The notes below the pieces were generated by a model that did no database searches, was not told where the DNA came from, and saw only the letters and a list, made by a program, of their open reading frames with translations. The translations under genes and the position numbers were made by a program. A DNA stretch of 64,000 nucleotides from Pristiophorus japonicus (Eukaryota), in contig NC_091988.1 in assembly GCF_044704955.1 (NCBI RefSeq), positions 112,840,001 to 112,904,000 on the forward strand, given 5' to 3'. Below are positions 38,601-50,870 of this stretch, in pieces (the first letter of the stretch is position 1; each line of letters starts with the position of its first letter).

Positions 38601-39065
38601 CTTGCCAAATATCACCAAGAAGGAACACCATGGCCCCAGGCACTACCAATAGTGCTATGTAGCATTAGGGCAACCCCGAACAGAACTACAGGTCTAAGCC
38701 CATTTGAAATTATAACAGGAAGACCCATGTCGCTGCCAGGAACTATCGATTTACGGAAAACTGATGTTCACTTAATGAGTGACACTTTGTTGTCATACTG
38801 TCAGAACCTAACCAATGCTATTAGTTCTGTTTCCCGACAGGTATCGGCAGCTTGGGTTAATCCACCCGAAGGAAGACACGACATCATCCCGGGAGTCTGG
38901 GTGTATGTGAAAAAGTTGCATAAAGAACCTTTGGGTGCCAAGTGGGAGGGACCTTGTCAAGCGTTATTGACCACCCAGGCAGCTGTTAAAGTCCAAGGAA
39001 AGAAAGCCTGGATCCACGCTTCACACGTTAAACGAGCACCCGTAACTGAAGCTGAAATCCAATAA
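35589..39065 (+). pseudogene. pol: ERV pro-pol (protease, RT, tether, RNase H, integrase); one frame with two premature stops (36123, 36795)
   Basis: Protease LLDTGA; RT QYTWTRLPQGF and YVDD; RNase H FTDGSS/QQAEL/TDS; integrase HHCC, LQVD/SDQG/VERMNR and C-terminal WEGP..LLTT..AVKV..WIHASHVK. ORFs 35652, 36126 and 36909 share one frame. Confidence 0.95.
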
Positions 39066-39086
39066 GGACAATTACTTTTTGCAAAA

Positions 39087-39330
39087 ATGTATAAATTTAC
39101 TGTAGTATTGATTGTAGGTATTCTAGGCATAGGCCTACTCCTTACTAGCTGACCCTCTGCACCAAAGGGAAATAGTAGGGTAGCAAGGGAATTACATGTA
39201 AATACCTTTTACTTTTATATTGATTAAATGTTGTTGCGACCAGGCGGCTGTAGCTGCTGTCCCGCAGGTGAGACACCTTGCAGGTCCCGGCAGACTGTCT
39301 GTTCGTGGCACAGGGGTATGTTATGCTTAA
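39087..39330 (+). pseudogene. env: env remnant with large internal deletion
   Basis: Signal-peptide-like MYKFTVVLIVGILGIGLLLTS*, then RVAR-ELHVNTF, joined at ~39210 to FILIKCCCDQAAVAAVPQ..., which resembles the end of a TM anchor and cytoplasmic tail. Confidence 0.65.
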
Positions 39331-39594
39331 GGAAAGGTTGTTTACTGGTTGAATTAAGATATTGATTTGGATTAAATTGGAACAAGGTTAATTAACCTAC
39401 TAAAACCAGACTTCCATTGTGGCCACGATGGAACTCGGGTTGGTGTAAATTTGTGTGGAAGCTACTAGTCCGGACATGTGGCGAAACACATCAACAAATT
39501 TTAGAAGGAAACTCTATTAACATGTATGAAATTATTTTGTAGAATGTTTAACCAGTGATACCTGAAGTTTTATGATTCAGTTTGTGAAAGAATC

Positions 39595-39934
39595 AAAGGG
39601 GGGATTGATAGAGTATTCAAACAGGCTCATTTAGACAGACTGTGAAAATTCACAGACCCCCAAGTCAAGGCTGCTACATGAAGTTCGGCATGTTGCATTA
39701 ACTCATCAATCAACTTGACATTTTCGGACCTTGGGTAGTGAGCCAATAAGATCAAAGGCGGCGAGTTATTTTCTGTAAATTGATCCAGGTATAAAATACA
39801 GCCATTTTGGCCATGTGGTTTCAGTAAGACAAAGAAACTTGCAATCAGCCAGCAGCTCGTTACTCTCTGCCAAGATTAAAAAGTTAAAACTACCATCGGA
39901 GTTCGTATTTCATTGGAAATTAAGAGATCTAACT
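39595..39934 (+). repeat. Polypurine tract (39595-39604) and 3' LTR (39606-39934)
   Basis: AAAGGGGGGA precedes TGATAG...; the LTR is a near-identical copy of 33426-33741 with terminal CA changed to CT, followed by TSD CATC. Confidence 0.93.
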
Positions 39935-41137
39935 CATCAAACCAAGGAGCAAGACCTCAGCAGCTCCTGCCTGAGGTTGTTCCACAATGGCCTTCCACCA
40001 CTACTGAAAGTTGCTGGGAATCACCTGCAGCAGCTCCATTTGTTGGGCAGAGTGATCGGAGGGCTACACTGCACTCCAATGGAGGCCAGAAAACCGCCAA
40101 GTCTGACGTCAGCAGTGGATGGAGGTCAGCAAGAAGGGCACAGATTGAAAGCGCATTCAAAAATATCTTACTGTTTATTGTTAAGGGTGACATCCATTAA
40201 ATGCAGTCACATTTTCAAACCAAAGTGAGTGCTCGACAATTGGAACTTGGCAAGTCTGGATAATCCAGATTACCTTGGGTGCCGCTTCAGAAAACTCTGG
40301 CCCAGTTACCAAAAGGACAGATAAGGTCCAGGATTGAGTGTGGAGAGTAAGCAGCACAAGAATCGAAAAGTGGCAGGACTGCTATAGGTACAATCGCACA
40401 CTGTTATTATGCTACCTCAACACGTCACCAATGGATTCTCTACTAATTGCTTTAAGGATATGTACAGGACAATAATGAACAGGGGAGAGAAGCCAAGAGT
40501 ATAACAGTGTGTAAAACTAGATTACAGGGGAGAGAATAACAGGGTGTAGGACTGATGTTATGGGGGAGAGTATAACAGGGTGTAGGACTGGTGTATAGGG
40601 GAGAGAAGGGGAGAGTATAACAGGGCGTAGGACTGGTGTATAGGGGAGAGTATAACAGGGCGTAGGACTGGTGTACAGGGGAGAGAAGGGGAGAGTATAA
40701 CAGGGTGTAGGACTGGTGTACAGGGGAGAGAAGGGGAGAGTATAACAGGGTGTAGGACTGGTGTATAGGGGAGAGAAGAGGAGAGTATAACAGGGTGTAG
40801 GACTGGTGTACAGGGGAGAGAAGGGGAGAGTATAACAGGGTGTGGGATTGGTGTTATGGGGGAAGAGTATAACAGGGTGTAGGACTGGTGTACAGAGGAG
40901 AGAAAGGGAGAGAATAACAGGGTGTAGGACTGGTGTATAGGGGAGAGTATAACAGGGTGTGGGACTGGTATTATGGGGGAGAGAAGGGGAGAGTATAACA
41001 GGGTGTGGGACTGGTGTTATGGGGGAGAGACAAGGGGAGAGTATAACAGGGTGTAGGACTGGTGTTATGGGGGAGAGAAGGGGAGAGTATAACAGGGTGT
41101 AGGACTAGTGTTATGGGGGAGAGAAAGGGAGAGTATA

Positions 41138-41390
41138 TCATCATCATAGGCAGTCCCTCGTATCGAGGATGACTTGCTTCCACGCCAAAAAAACCGAGTT
41201 CACAGGTGTTTCAATGAAGGATCTAATATTCCAGTCCTGAACTACATCCTTAAGGGTGGAAGATGCCTGTGCGTGGATTTTTATAACGTGAGTGACCGTT
41301 GCACACCAGCCACCGCATGGGCTTGACAGAGCTAGGTCTTGGTCCAGTGGCAAGGATTGACCAAGACGACTGGAGACCTGCTCTGCTCCT
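41138..41390 (-). mobile_element. Short bipartite RTE element
   Basis: (CAT)n tail; homolog of 3618-3967. Confidence 0.8.
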
Positions 41391-41450
41391 GGAGAATATA
41401 ACAGGGTGAGGGGCTGGTGTATAGGGGAGAGAAAGGGAGAGTATAACAGG

Positions 41451-42600
41451 TTGTTCTTTGACCGTACAAAGGCCTTTGACACTGTTAACCGTGAGGGACT
41501 ATGGCTCTTTCTCCTCCGTTTTGGATACCCCCAAAGGTTCGTCACCATCCGCCGCCTGCTCCACGACGACATGCAGGCCGTGATCCTTACCAACGGACCC
41601 ATTACAGACCCAATCCACGTCCGGACTGGGGTCAAACAGGGCTGCGTCATCGCCCCAACCCTCTTCTCAATCTTCCTTGCTGCCATGCTCCACCTCAGAG
41701 TCAACAAGCTCCCCGCCGGAGTGGAACTAAACTACAGAACCAGTGGGAAGCTGTTCAACCTTCGCCGACTCCAGGCCAGGTCCAAGACCACCCCAACCTC
41801 TGTCGTCGAGTCACAGTACACGGACGATACCTGCGCCTGCGCACATACAGAGCCAGAACATAGTCGACGTATTTACTGAGGCGTACGAAAGCATGGGCCT
41901 TACAATAAACATCAGAAAGACAAAGGTCCTCCACCAGCCTGTCCTTGCCGCACAGCACTGCCCCACCCCCCCACCAAAGTCATCAAGATCCACGGCGCGG
42001 CCCTGGACAACGTGGACCATTTCCCATACCTCGGGTGCCTCTTATCAACAAGAGCAGACATTGACGCCAAGATCCAACACCGCCTCCAGTGCACCGTTTG
42101 GCTGCCTGAGGAAGAGTGTTTGAAGACCAGGCTCTCAAATCTGCCACCAAGCTCATGATCTACAGGGCTGCTGTAATACCATGCCTCCTGTATGGCTCAG
42201 AGACATGGACCATGTACAGTAGACACCTCGAGTCGCTGGAGAAATACCACCAACGATGTCTCCGCAAGATCCTGCAAATCTTCTGGTCGAGGATGCTAAT
42301 GTTGACACACCAACATTAGCATTCTCGACCAGACCAACATCCACAGCATCGAAGCACTGACCATACTTGATTAGCTCAGCTGTGCGGGCCACATTGTTCG
42401 CATGCCAGACGCCAGACTCCCAAAGCAAGCGCTCTACTCACAACTCCTTCATGGCAAACCAGCCAAAGGTGGGCAGAGGAAACGTTACATGGACACCCTC
42501 AAAGTCTCCCTGATAAAGTGCAACATCCCCACCGACACCTGGGAGTTCCTGGCCAAAGACCGCCCTAAGTGGAGGAAGTGCATCCGGGAGGGCGCTGAGG
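41451..42600 (+). mobile_element. RTE LINE RT fragment, truncated at both ends
   Basis: FDRTKAFDTVNREGLW, GVKQGCVIAPTLF, YTDD, LLYGSETW, RLPKQALYSQL. Confidence 0.92.
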
Positions 42601-43086
42601 GGAGAGAAGGGAGAGTATAACGGTGTGGGATTGATGTTATGGGGGAGAGAAGGGGAAGAGTATAACAGGGTGTGGGATTGGTGTTATGAGGGAGAGAAGG
42701 GGAGAGTATAACAGGGTAAAGCATGATTACAGGTGAGAGATGATGATTCCATAAAAGAGAGAAATGACCTGAATATTGTTTTCATAAGTAACTCAATCCT
42801 TTGCTCTGGTTTAATTACAAAACAATTTAAAAATGGAATGTCCCTCAGTACTGAAGATAACATATTACAAAGCCCTAAGATTTTGAATGTCTGTGTGTTA
42901 ATGACATTGATTTGACCATTCACAGGCTAGTACACGTGGTCCAAACCTGGGAAGTTTGAAGATAATTTGACATCCCAGTGATGGCTGGGTGCCCTGATGG
43001 ATATCACTGGCAGCAGCACTGCTGGGAGAGGAAAGGCCTTGTCTGGTAATGAAACTGAAATAAGGGCAATACAGAAAACAGAACTA

Positions 43087-43260
43087 CAGGTGCAACGTTA
43101 CAAATCCGGACTTCCAAAAACGGAATTGTCCGAAAACCGAACATTTCAACGAGTGGTGAGGAACAGAGGATAGACGGGCAGCGAGGTCCGAAAACTGGCA
43201 AAACCCAAAATCCGGCACGGATTCGGTCCCGAGGATTCTGGATTTCAGAGGTTGTACCGG
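43087..43260. mobile_element. Tc1/mariner-type MITE
   Basis: TA flanks; imperfect TIRs CAGGTGCAACGTTACAAATCCGGA / TCTGGATTTCAGAGGTTGTACCGG. Confidence 0.7.
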
Positions 43261-43628
43261 TACATTGAAACTCACTCACAGTGGGAGAAAAATTCCAACA
43301 CCTCCGCTCATTTATCATGGAGCCCAAGAGATGACACTGTTTTTTCAGTGAAATGACTGCCTGCTTATAGTGTAAATATACACCCATTTAAAGAGTGTGT
43401 GTTGGGTCTGGTGGATCAGGGTAGCTCTTCTGCGTAAGTTCCCTATCTCCTGCCAGCATTTTAGCCAAATCCCTGGAGAAATAGCATGAATGCCGAAGTT
43501 ACAGCAGGTGATCAGAAAAAAACCCCGTAAAAATTGCTGTTTGTGGGAGCTTGCTGTGCGCAAATTGGCTGCTAAGCAGTGACTACACTTCTAAAGAAGT
43601 TAATGGGGTTCAGGAAAGGTTCTGTATA

Positions 43629-44047
43629 CAGGCAACTCTCGATTATCTGCACACGGATGCAACGGGAAACCGTTGTAATGGCATTTAAAATTCCGTGTGT
43701 GTGACGTCACTTTGAAACTCTGATGTTCCTTTCGAATGTTGCCTGTTGAGCCTTGCTTTTAAGCGCTTCACCCTGCCTCAGCTCCCGTTGCTGCTCACAC
43801 ACATGTCCACTGCCTCTCATAATTCATTAAAATGCCACAAACAGTTACAGGAAGTCATCAACAAACCTAATGGTCTTTAGATCTAGAGGACTAGAATTCA
43901 AGGATTAGAAGATACGCTACAGCTCTTGGTTAGAGTACACCTGCAGTATTGTAAGCATTAATTGTAATGTCAACTCGCTCTAACGGAGAAATCGTTTACC
44001 CGGCATAGCCCAATCCCCGAGGGACCCGGATAATCGAGAGTTGCCTG
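43629..44047. mobile_element. Tc1/mariner (Tigger-like) MITE
   Basis: Perfect 19-bp TIR CAGGCAACTCTCGATTATC / GATAATCGAGAGTTGCCTG with TA on both sides. Confidence 0.88.
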
Positions 44048-44447
44048 TAAATACCAAGTCGCGCTTCAAGTTTTTTCTTAAACTACTGAACATCAGCTCA
44101 CCGCTATCCCTGGGGAGGGAGAACCAACCAAAGCCCAATGTGTACAGCAACCTGTGGCTATCCCAAGAGCAACAGAAATTTGGAACAAGTTCACTATCTG
44201 TTGGGAAACAAAGCATAACAAGAAATCTAAAGAGGTGGAGAAAAAAAACTCACGAAGGGAAGTGATAAGAAATGCAGACTTTTGAGAAGTTTTAAATAAG
44301 TGCACTTTAGCAGCATGTCAGTCAGTAACGTTTACCAGCTAGTTCTTGTGCAAAATACAATCTACCCATTTCTCATTTTCTTGGATTGGGTGTAATTTCA
44401 TTAAAAGCCTCTGTAGTTTTGAAAAGAGCTCACAAAGGCCAGATATG

Positions 44448-45513
44448 GGCCCCAAGTTTCCACACGCTACAAAACGGGCGCCCCTCCGAGCTGGGCGCCC
44501 GTTTTTCGCGCCGAAAAAAAACCGCGTGATTCTGGAGCGCCCTGCAGCTCCGTGTCTGCTTGGCGCGGCGCCCAGGGGGGCGGAGCCTACCACTCGCGCC
44601 GATTTTGTAAGTGGGAGGGGGCGGGTACCATTTAAATTAGTTTTTTTCCTGCCGGCAACGCTGCGCGTGCGCGTTTGGAGCGTTCGCGCACGCGCAGTGT
44701 GAAGGAAACATTGGCACTCGGCCATTTTTGTAGTTCTTTGTAGCTGTTTAATTTTTGAACATTTTTTAATAAAAGCACATTGCCATCAGCACATCAGCTC
44801 TGAGGCTTCCTGCAGCAGTGAGAAGGCTGCAGGAAGCCTCAGAAAGTTGAGGCAGCCGTTTCCCGACGGCCTCTCCCCCCTGCCGTCGGTGAATGGCTGC
44901 TCAACTTGTGAGGCTTCCTGCAGCCTTCTCACTGCCTCCTTCCCCCCCCCCGCCCGCCGTCGGGAACGGCTTCCTCCTCCCCCACTGCGTTCGGTCGGTC
45001 GGGCCCGCACTCCCTCCCCCACACCCCCCCCCCCCCCCCCCCGTCGGGAACGGCTTCCTCCCCCCCCCCCCCCCCCACCAACCCACGGGAACGAACGGCT
45101 TCCTCCTCCCCCCCCCCCCCCGCGGGAACGAACGGCTTCCTCCTCCCCCCCCCCCCCGCGGGAACGAACGGCTTCCTCCCCCCCCCCCCCCCCCACCTCG
45201 TTCTGGACGCCTAATTTGTAACCTGCGCCTGATTTTTTAATGTGTAGAACAGGTTTTTTCAGTTCTACAAAAATCTTCACTTGCTCCATTCGAAGTTAGT
45301 TTGGAGTATGTTTTCACTGTGGAAACTTTGAAATCAGGCGTCAGTGGCCGGACACGCCCCCTTTTGAAGAAAAAATTCTGTTCCAAAGTGAAACTGTTCT
45401 AACTGACTAGAACTGCAGAAAAAAAAATGTGGAGAATTGCGATTTCTAAGATAGTCCGTTCTCCACCAGTTGCTCCTAAAAATCAGGCGCAAATCATGTG
45501 GAAACTTGGGGCC
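44448..45513. mobile_element. Non-autonomous Harbinger-type element with internal poly-C tandem array
   Basis: 16-bp TIR GGCCCCAAGTTTCCAC / GTGGAAACTTGGGGCC; close homolog of 55858-57207. Confidence 0.85.
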
Positions 45514-46429
45514 ATAGAAGCTGGCCTCAGTTTCCAACTCCATACGACCAAGTGGTGATGCAGCCGTGCTGACAGGGCCTGCTGGCTCTGATCTCCCACT
45601 ACCCGAACACTGCACTCACTGTAATTATCACCATATCAATAATATTCAAGCTCTGTAGCTGCAATGAGCAGGAGGAAAACATCTACGAGTCACGACCTTT
45701 AAAAACATCCCAGTATCTCAATGTGTGTGTCAAGTGACTGTTTTTCAGAACTAATGGGCTCACACGTATTATTTTTCTTACTGTTGCTGTGGAGATTCCT
45801 CTCTCTCTCTCTCTCTGTGCCCTCAATGAACAGCAATATCTGCTCTAAGGTATATAGACACGTGGCACTTTTTAAACTGGTCATATGAAAGTTAATTAGC
45901 GTGAAGGTCCACAATTAGAATCTCAAACCGATTAATATTCTGCTATAACTTTGACAAACAGTTGAGAAAACATTCTCAATCCGTCTCTCATTTTCCTATG
46001 GTTTGGGGGATACTTAGCTTTATGCAGTCAATATTGGCTTCATTTTCTGATACTGAGTGAATTGTTCAGCCCTTGCATTTAGCTATCCTCCAGTTGTGCT
46101 GTTGCACCCTTCCTGCATTGCTAAACAAGCTCCAACCTGCATCAATTCACAAACCGCTTTCCGCAGTGTTATAGGCACAATAGAAGTACATCAACTCTTG
46201 GACGATTCCAGTCCATGTGAACCATCTCGGTTGCAAAAGCTTCTGCTCCAATTTTGTGATATCAGTAAAATCAGGGCTGTAGCTGCCTGCAGCCTGGGTG
46301 GGGCTGTGCTTGGTAATGAGGAAGGCCGGCCCTGCTGCCTATTAATATTAATAGGGCTCCCTGTGCATGGAGGGGAGGCGTACCTGGTGAGGCAAAAGCT
46401 CAGCATGAAAGGCAAGGGTAATTGTGCTG

Positions 46430-46805
46430 CCCACTCTGATCGTATATCCCTTAAACCCTTTCATCCACCAATCCAATCTAATCTTAAATGTTGATATAGT
46501 TTTTGCCTTAACCGCTAATCTTGGAAATAATTTCACAGCCTCACAGCTCCGTGTAAATTTCTCCTGCTTTCTGTTCTAAATCTCTCATTTAATCTTGTAT
46601 CTATGGCCCCTCATTCTAGACGCCTCAATTACTATAAACAGTCTGCTTCCATTTGCCGTGTCCCATCCTTTCATAATTTTAAACATTATATCGCCCTGTA
46701 ATCTGCGCTGTTCTAACAAAAAAAGACACAATTTTTCAAGCCTTCCTTCATATTTGTATTTCTCGATACCAGACAGCATCCTAGTGAATCTGCATCGTAC
46801 CCACT
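46430..46805 (-). mobile_element. Old CR1 3' fragment
   Basis: LEKLCLFLLEQRRLQGD..SRMRGHRYK. Confidence 0.75.
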
Positions 46806-46827
46806 AAAGCCTAAATATCTGTCCTAT

Positions 46828-49800
46828 TTTCTTCTTAGGCACCCCCCGGAGTCGAGGATGACTTGCTTCCACACTAATATGAGTTCTAAGGTGACTGATG
46901 AGTCCAATGCGGGACCTACAGTCTCTGTCACAGGTAGGGCAGGTGGTGGTTGGAGGGACGGTGGGTGGGGTGCTTGATTTGTCGTACGCTCCTTCCGCTG
47001 TTTGTACTTGACTTCCTCGTGCTCCCGGCAAAGAGACTCAAAGTGTTCGGTGCTTTCTCGGATGCTTCTCCTCCACTTTGAGCGGTCTTGGACCAGGGAT
47101 TCCCAAGAGTCAGTGGGGATGTTACACTTTTTCCAGGAGGCTTTGAGGGTGTCCTTGAAGCGTTTGCTCTACCTTCCTTGGACTCACCTGTCATGACTTA
47201 GCTCGGAATAGAGTGCTCGTTTCAGGAGTCTAGTATCGGGCATGTGGACAATGTGGCCCGTACATGGTCAATGCCTCGATGCTGGGGATGTTGGCCTGAG
47301 AGAGAACACTGACGTTGGTGCACCTATCCTGCCAATGAATTTGCAGGATTTTGCAGAGGCAGCGGTGGTGGTATTTCCACCAGTAGTTTGAGGTGCCAAC
47401 TATACATAGTCCATGTCTCTGAAGCAAATAGGAGGGCAGGTATCACTGCTGCTCTGTAGACCTTGAGCTTGGTGCCGGGTTTGAGATCCTGGTCTTCGAA
47501 CACTCGTTTCCTCAGGCGGCTGAAGGCTGCACTGGCACACTGAATGCGGTGTTGGACTTCGCCATCGATAGGAGGCTCCCAAGGTATGGAAAGTGGTCCA
47601 CGTTGTCTAAGGTCACATCATGGATCTTGATAATCAGGGAGCAGTACAGGTTGGTAGAGGACCTTTGTCTTATTGATGTTTAATGTAAGGCCCAGACTCT
47701 CGTACGCTTCAGTGAAGGTGTCAACGATGGTTTGGAGTTCGGACTCCGAGTGCGCACAAACGCAAGCGTCATCTGCATATTGTAATTCAATGACAGAGGT
47801 TGGAGCAACCTTGGAGGCGTTGGAGGGTGAACAATTTCCCGCTTGTCCTGTAGGTTAACTCCACTCCAGCGGGGAGCTTGTTAAGGGTGAGATGAAGCAT
47901 TGTAGCGAGGAAGATTGAGAAGAGCGTTGGTGCGATCACACAGCCTTGCTTGAGCCCGGTCTGTATTTGTATTGGGTCTGTGGTGGATCCGTTGGCAAGG
48001 ATCACGGCTTGCATGTCACTGTGAAGCAGGCGGAGGATGGTGCCGAATTTTTGTTGACAGCCGAATCTGAGAAGGACACTCCATAATCCCTCACGGTTGA
48101 CAGAGTCGAAGGCCTTTGTGAGGTCAAAGAAAGCCAGGTTGGTACTGCTCCCGACATTTTTCTTAGATTTGTCGCGCAGTGAAGATCATGTCAATTTTGC
48201 ACCCTAGTGGGCGGAATCCGCATTGCGACTCTGGGAGGAGCTCTTCAGCCACAGGAGAAGGCGATTGAGGCCAATTCTTGCAGTGATTTTCCCTGCGGCA
48301 GACAGCAGGGAAACCCCTCTGTGATTACTGCAGTCAGACTGGCCACCTTTCTTAAAGATGGTCACGATTATGGCTTCTCTGAAATCCTCTGACATGCTCT
48401 CCTCCTTCCAAATAAGAGAGATGAGTTCATGGATTCGCACCGAGTACTCCTCCGCCATGCTTTAGTACTTCGGTGGGGATTCCATCTGCTCCTGAGGCCT
48501 TGTTGTTCTTCAGTTGCCAGATGGCCTTTTCAACCTCATGCCAGGCTGGGATGGTGCCGACGTGGTGACGGGTAGCATGCTGTGGGATGGCGTCAAGGAC
48601 ACTCACATCAAAGACAGAGTCTTGGTTGAGGAAATCCTCGAAGTGCTCCTTCCAGCAGGTACTGACTGCCTCTCTGTCCTTGATGAGCACATCTCCGTTC
48701 TTGGCTCTCAGTGGAATAGAACCTTGGGTGCTTGGTCCTTGATGGACTTGATGGCGCTAAAAAATCCACGCATGTCGGCTAGTTGCTGGATCTCCTGTGT
48801 TTTTACCACCCACCATTTGTTCTTTAGGTCACGAGTTTTTTGTTGGACCTCGGCCTTCAGTTGTATGCAGGTCTGCTTTCTTTCACTCGAGTTTCCAATT
48901 CAGAAATGCCTTGCGTTTGCGGTTTATTAGCTCCTGGATCTCCTGGTCATTCTCATCGAACCAGTCTTAATGTTTTTTGGTAGAGTAACCAAGAGTCTCT
49001 TCGCAGGTGATAATTATGGTGGACTTGTGGGCAGACCAGGCACTGTGGACACTCTGCAGCTCAATTTATTGGAGGTTGTCAGGTTGGCTGTGAGGCGTTG
49101 GCGGAATAGGGCTTTCTTTGCAGGGTCTTTCAGTGCTTCAGTGTTAATCTCTTTGCGGCAGCATTTCTGTTGCCCCCGGCGTTTTGAGGCTACGTTGATG
49201 GAGATAACAGAGTGGATTAGATGGTGGTCAGTCCAGCAGTCGTCAGCTCCTGCCATGATGCGAGTGATCATGACGTCCTTGTGATCCCTTGCTCGGATGA
49301 TGGCGTAGTCGAGCAGATGCCAGTGTCAGTGTCAGTGTCTGGAGCGAGGGTGTTTTGCCAGGAGGCCTTGTACTTGTCTTTCTGAATAAACAAGGAGTTG
49401 GTTATGACAAGCCATGTTCTGAGCATTCCGTCAGGAGGAGGATACCATTGGAGGTTTCTCCTACCCCTTTCCCTGTTAATCATCTCTCTCCAGAGGTCTG
49501 TGTCCTTTCCAACTTTGGCATTAAAGTCGCCAAGGAGGATCAGCTTGTCGCCCGTTGGGACTCGGGACAGAGGCTGTTCAAGGCCAGATTAGAATTCCTC
49601 TTTGACTTTGTCCGGAGCTTCCAGGGTTGGGGCGTTCGCACTGATGACCGTAGCACACTGGTTCCGGGTTAGAGTGAGCTGAAGGGTCACGAGGCATTCG
49701 TTTATCCCGTAGGGGGAATCTCTAAGATGCCAAACTAGCTCATTTTTGATGGCCAAGCCAACCCCTTGGAGACGATGTTCTGCTTCTGGTTTGTCTTTCC

Positions 49801-50147
49801 AGAAGAAGGTGTATCCACCACTTTGTTCCTTGAACTGGCCTTCCCCTGCCCACCGGGTCTCGCTTAGGACGGCGATGTCGATGTCGACGTCGTAGCGTCT
49901 GAGTTCCCAGGTGACGCCAGCAGTGCGACGTTCCGGTCTGTCGCTGATGGGGTTGTCCATGAGGGTCCCGATGTTCCAGGTCCTAAACTTCATTTTAAAA
50001 GGTAGAAGATGCCTGTGCATGAATTCTTTTAATGTGGGGTGGCCTTTACACACCAGCCACCACATGAACTTGGCAGGGCAAGGTCTTGGTCCAATGGTAA
50101 GGGGATTTAAGACGATTGGAGATCAGGCTCTGCTGCATGGACCTAGT

Positions 50148-50148
<1 letters not shown>
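46828..50148 (-). mobile_element. Near-full-length RTE LINE (APE, RT, C-terminal zinc finger), inactivated
   Basis: 5'UTR, then MKFRTWNIGTLMD, VLSETR, WTDH, GLKQGCVIAPTLF, CPTCDRDCRSRIGLISHLRTH and an (AAG)n tail; many frameshifts. Confidence 0.93.

Positions 50149-50180
<32 letters not shown>
50148..50180. repeat. (CA)n microsatellite
   Basis: About 16 CA units. Confidence 0.95.
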
Positions 50181-50870
50181 TTACCACTGACCCCCTCCCT
50201 CTCTCCCTGTTTTTCAGAGATCGTACACTTTCCTTTAGTGTGGAGCTCAATACTACACACCGTACTCTAACTGAGATTTTTTATATAGTGGCTTTTCTAT
50301 TCTATACCTTGAGATAAAACCTAGAATTCTATTCGTTTTTTTTTTACAGCCTCATTAATGAGGTGTTGTCGTTAATGTTCTGTAAAACTGTATCCCCATA
50401 TCTCTTTGCTCCTCCACAGCACCAGGGCCTACTTAGTTCACTTATTTTTGTTCTACCAAAATGCATCACCTCACACAGCCACTAAATTCCATTCGCCACT
50501 TTTTACCCATTCTCTCATCTTATCAATACCCATTTGCAGTTGCTTTTGGCCTTGAATAGAAATGAGCTGTTCTTCCTATTTTGGTATCAAAACAGAACCC
50601 TGTGTGACGCCACTACCGACTACCCACATTCAAAGACTTGGAAAAACTACCCTTAATTTCTACTGTCTGTTTTCTCTCTTCTAAGCAACTTTTAATCCAG
50701 TTTCCTATCCTCCCCCTAATTCGATATCCCTTAATCTTCACTAGTAATCTCCTATGTGATAACTTGTCTAAGGCTTTCCTAAAGTCCATCCACTGCAGTA
50801 CCCCACAATGCTCCGAGAAACAATGTACATTTTTAACTACTGTAATTTAACTGCTATCTTGCACCATCCC

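Larger units (their letters stand above)
33426..39934 (+). mobile_element. Endogenous retrovirus provirus (class I, gamma/epsilon-like pol), defective
   Basis: Direct LTR repeats at 33426-33741 and 39606-39934; TSD CATC at 33422-33425 and 39935-39938; PBS, gag with CCHC knuckle, PR-RT-RNaseH-IN, env remnant and PPT in canonical order. Confidence 0.95.
40480..42720. repeat. Purine-rich 35-46-bp minisatellite interrupted by two RTE-derived insertions
   Basis: GGGGAGAG(AAGGGGAGAG)TATAACAGGGTGTAGGACTGGTGT units at 40480-41137, 41390-41450 and 42600-42720. Confidence 0.92.

Noticed and set aside
44786-45289. Gly/Pro-rich ORFs of 115-167 aa (also 56177-56596)
   Set aside because: They arise from poly-C/G tandem repeats within the Harbinger-type element.
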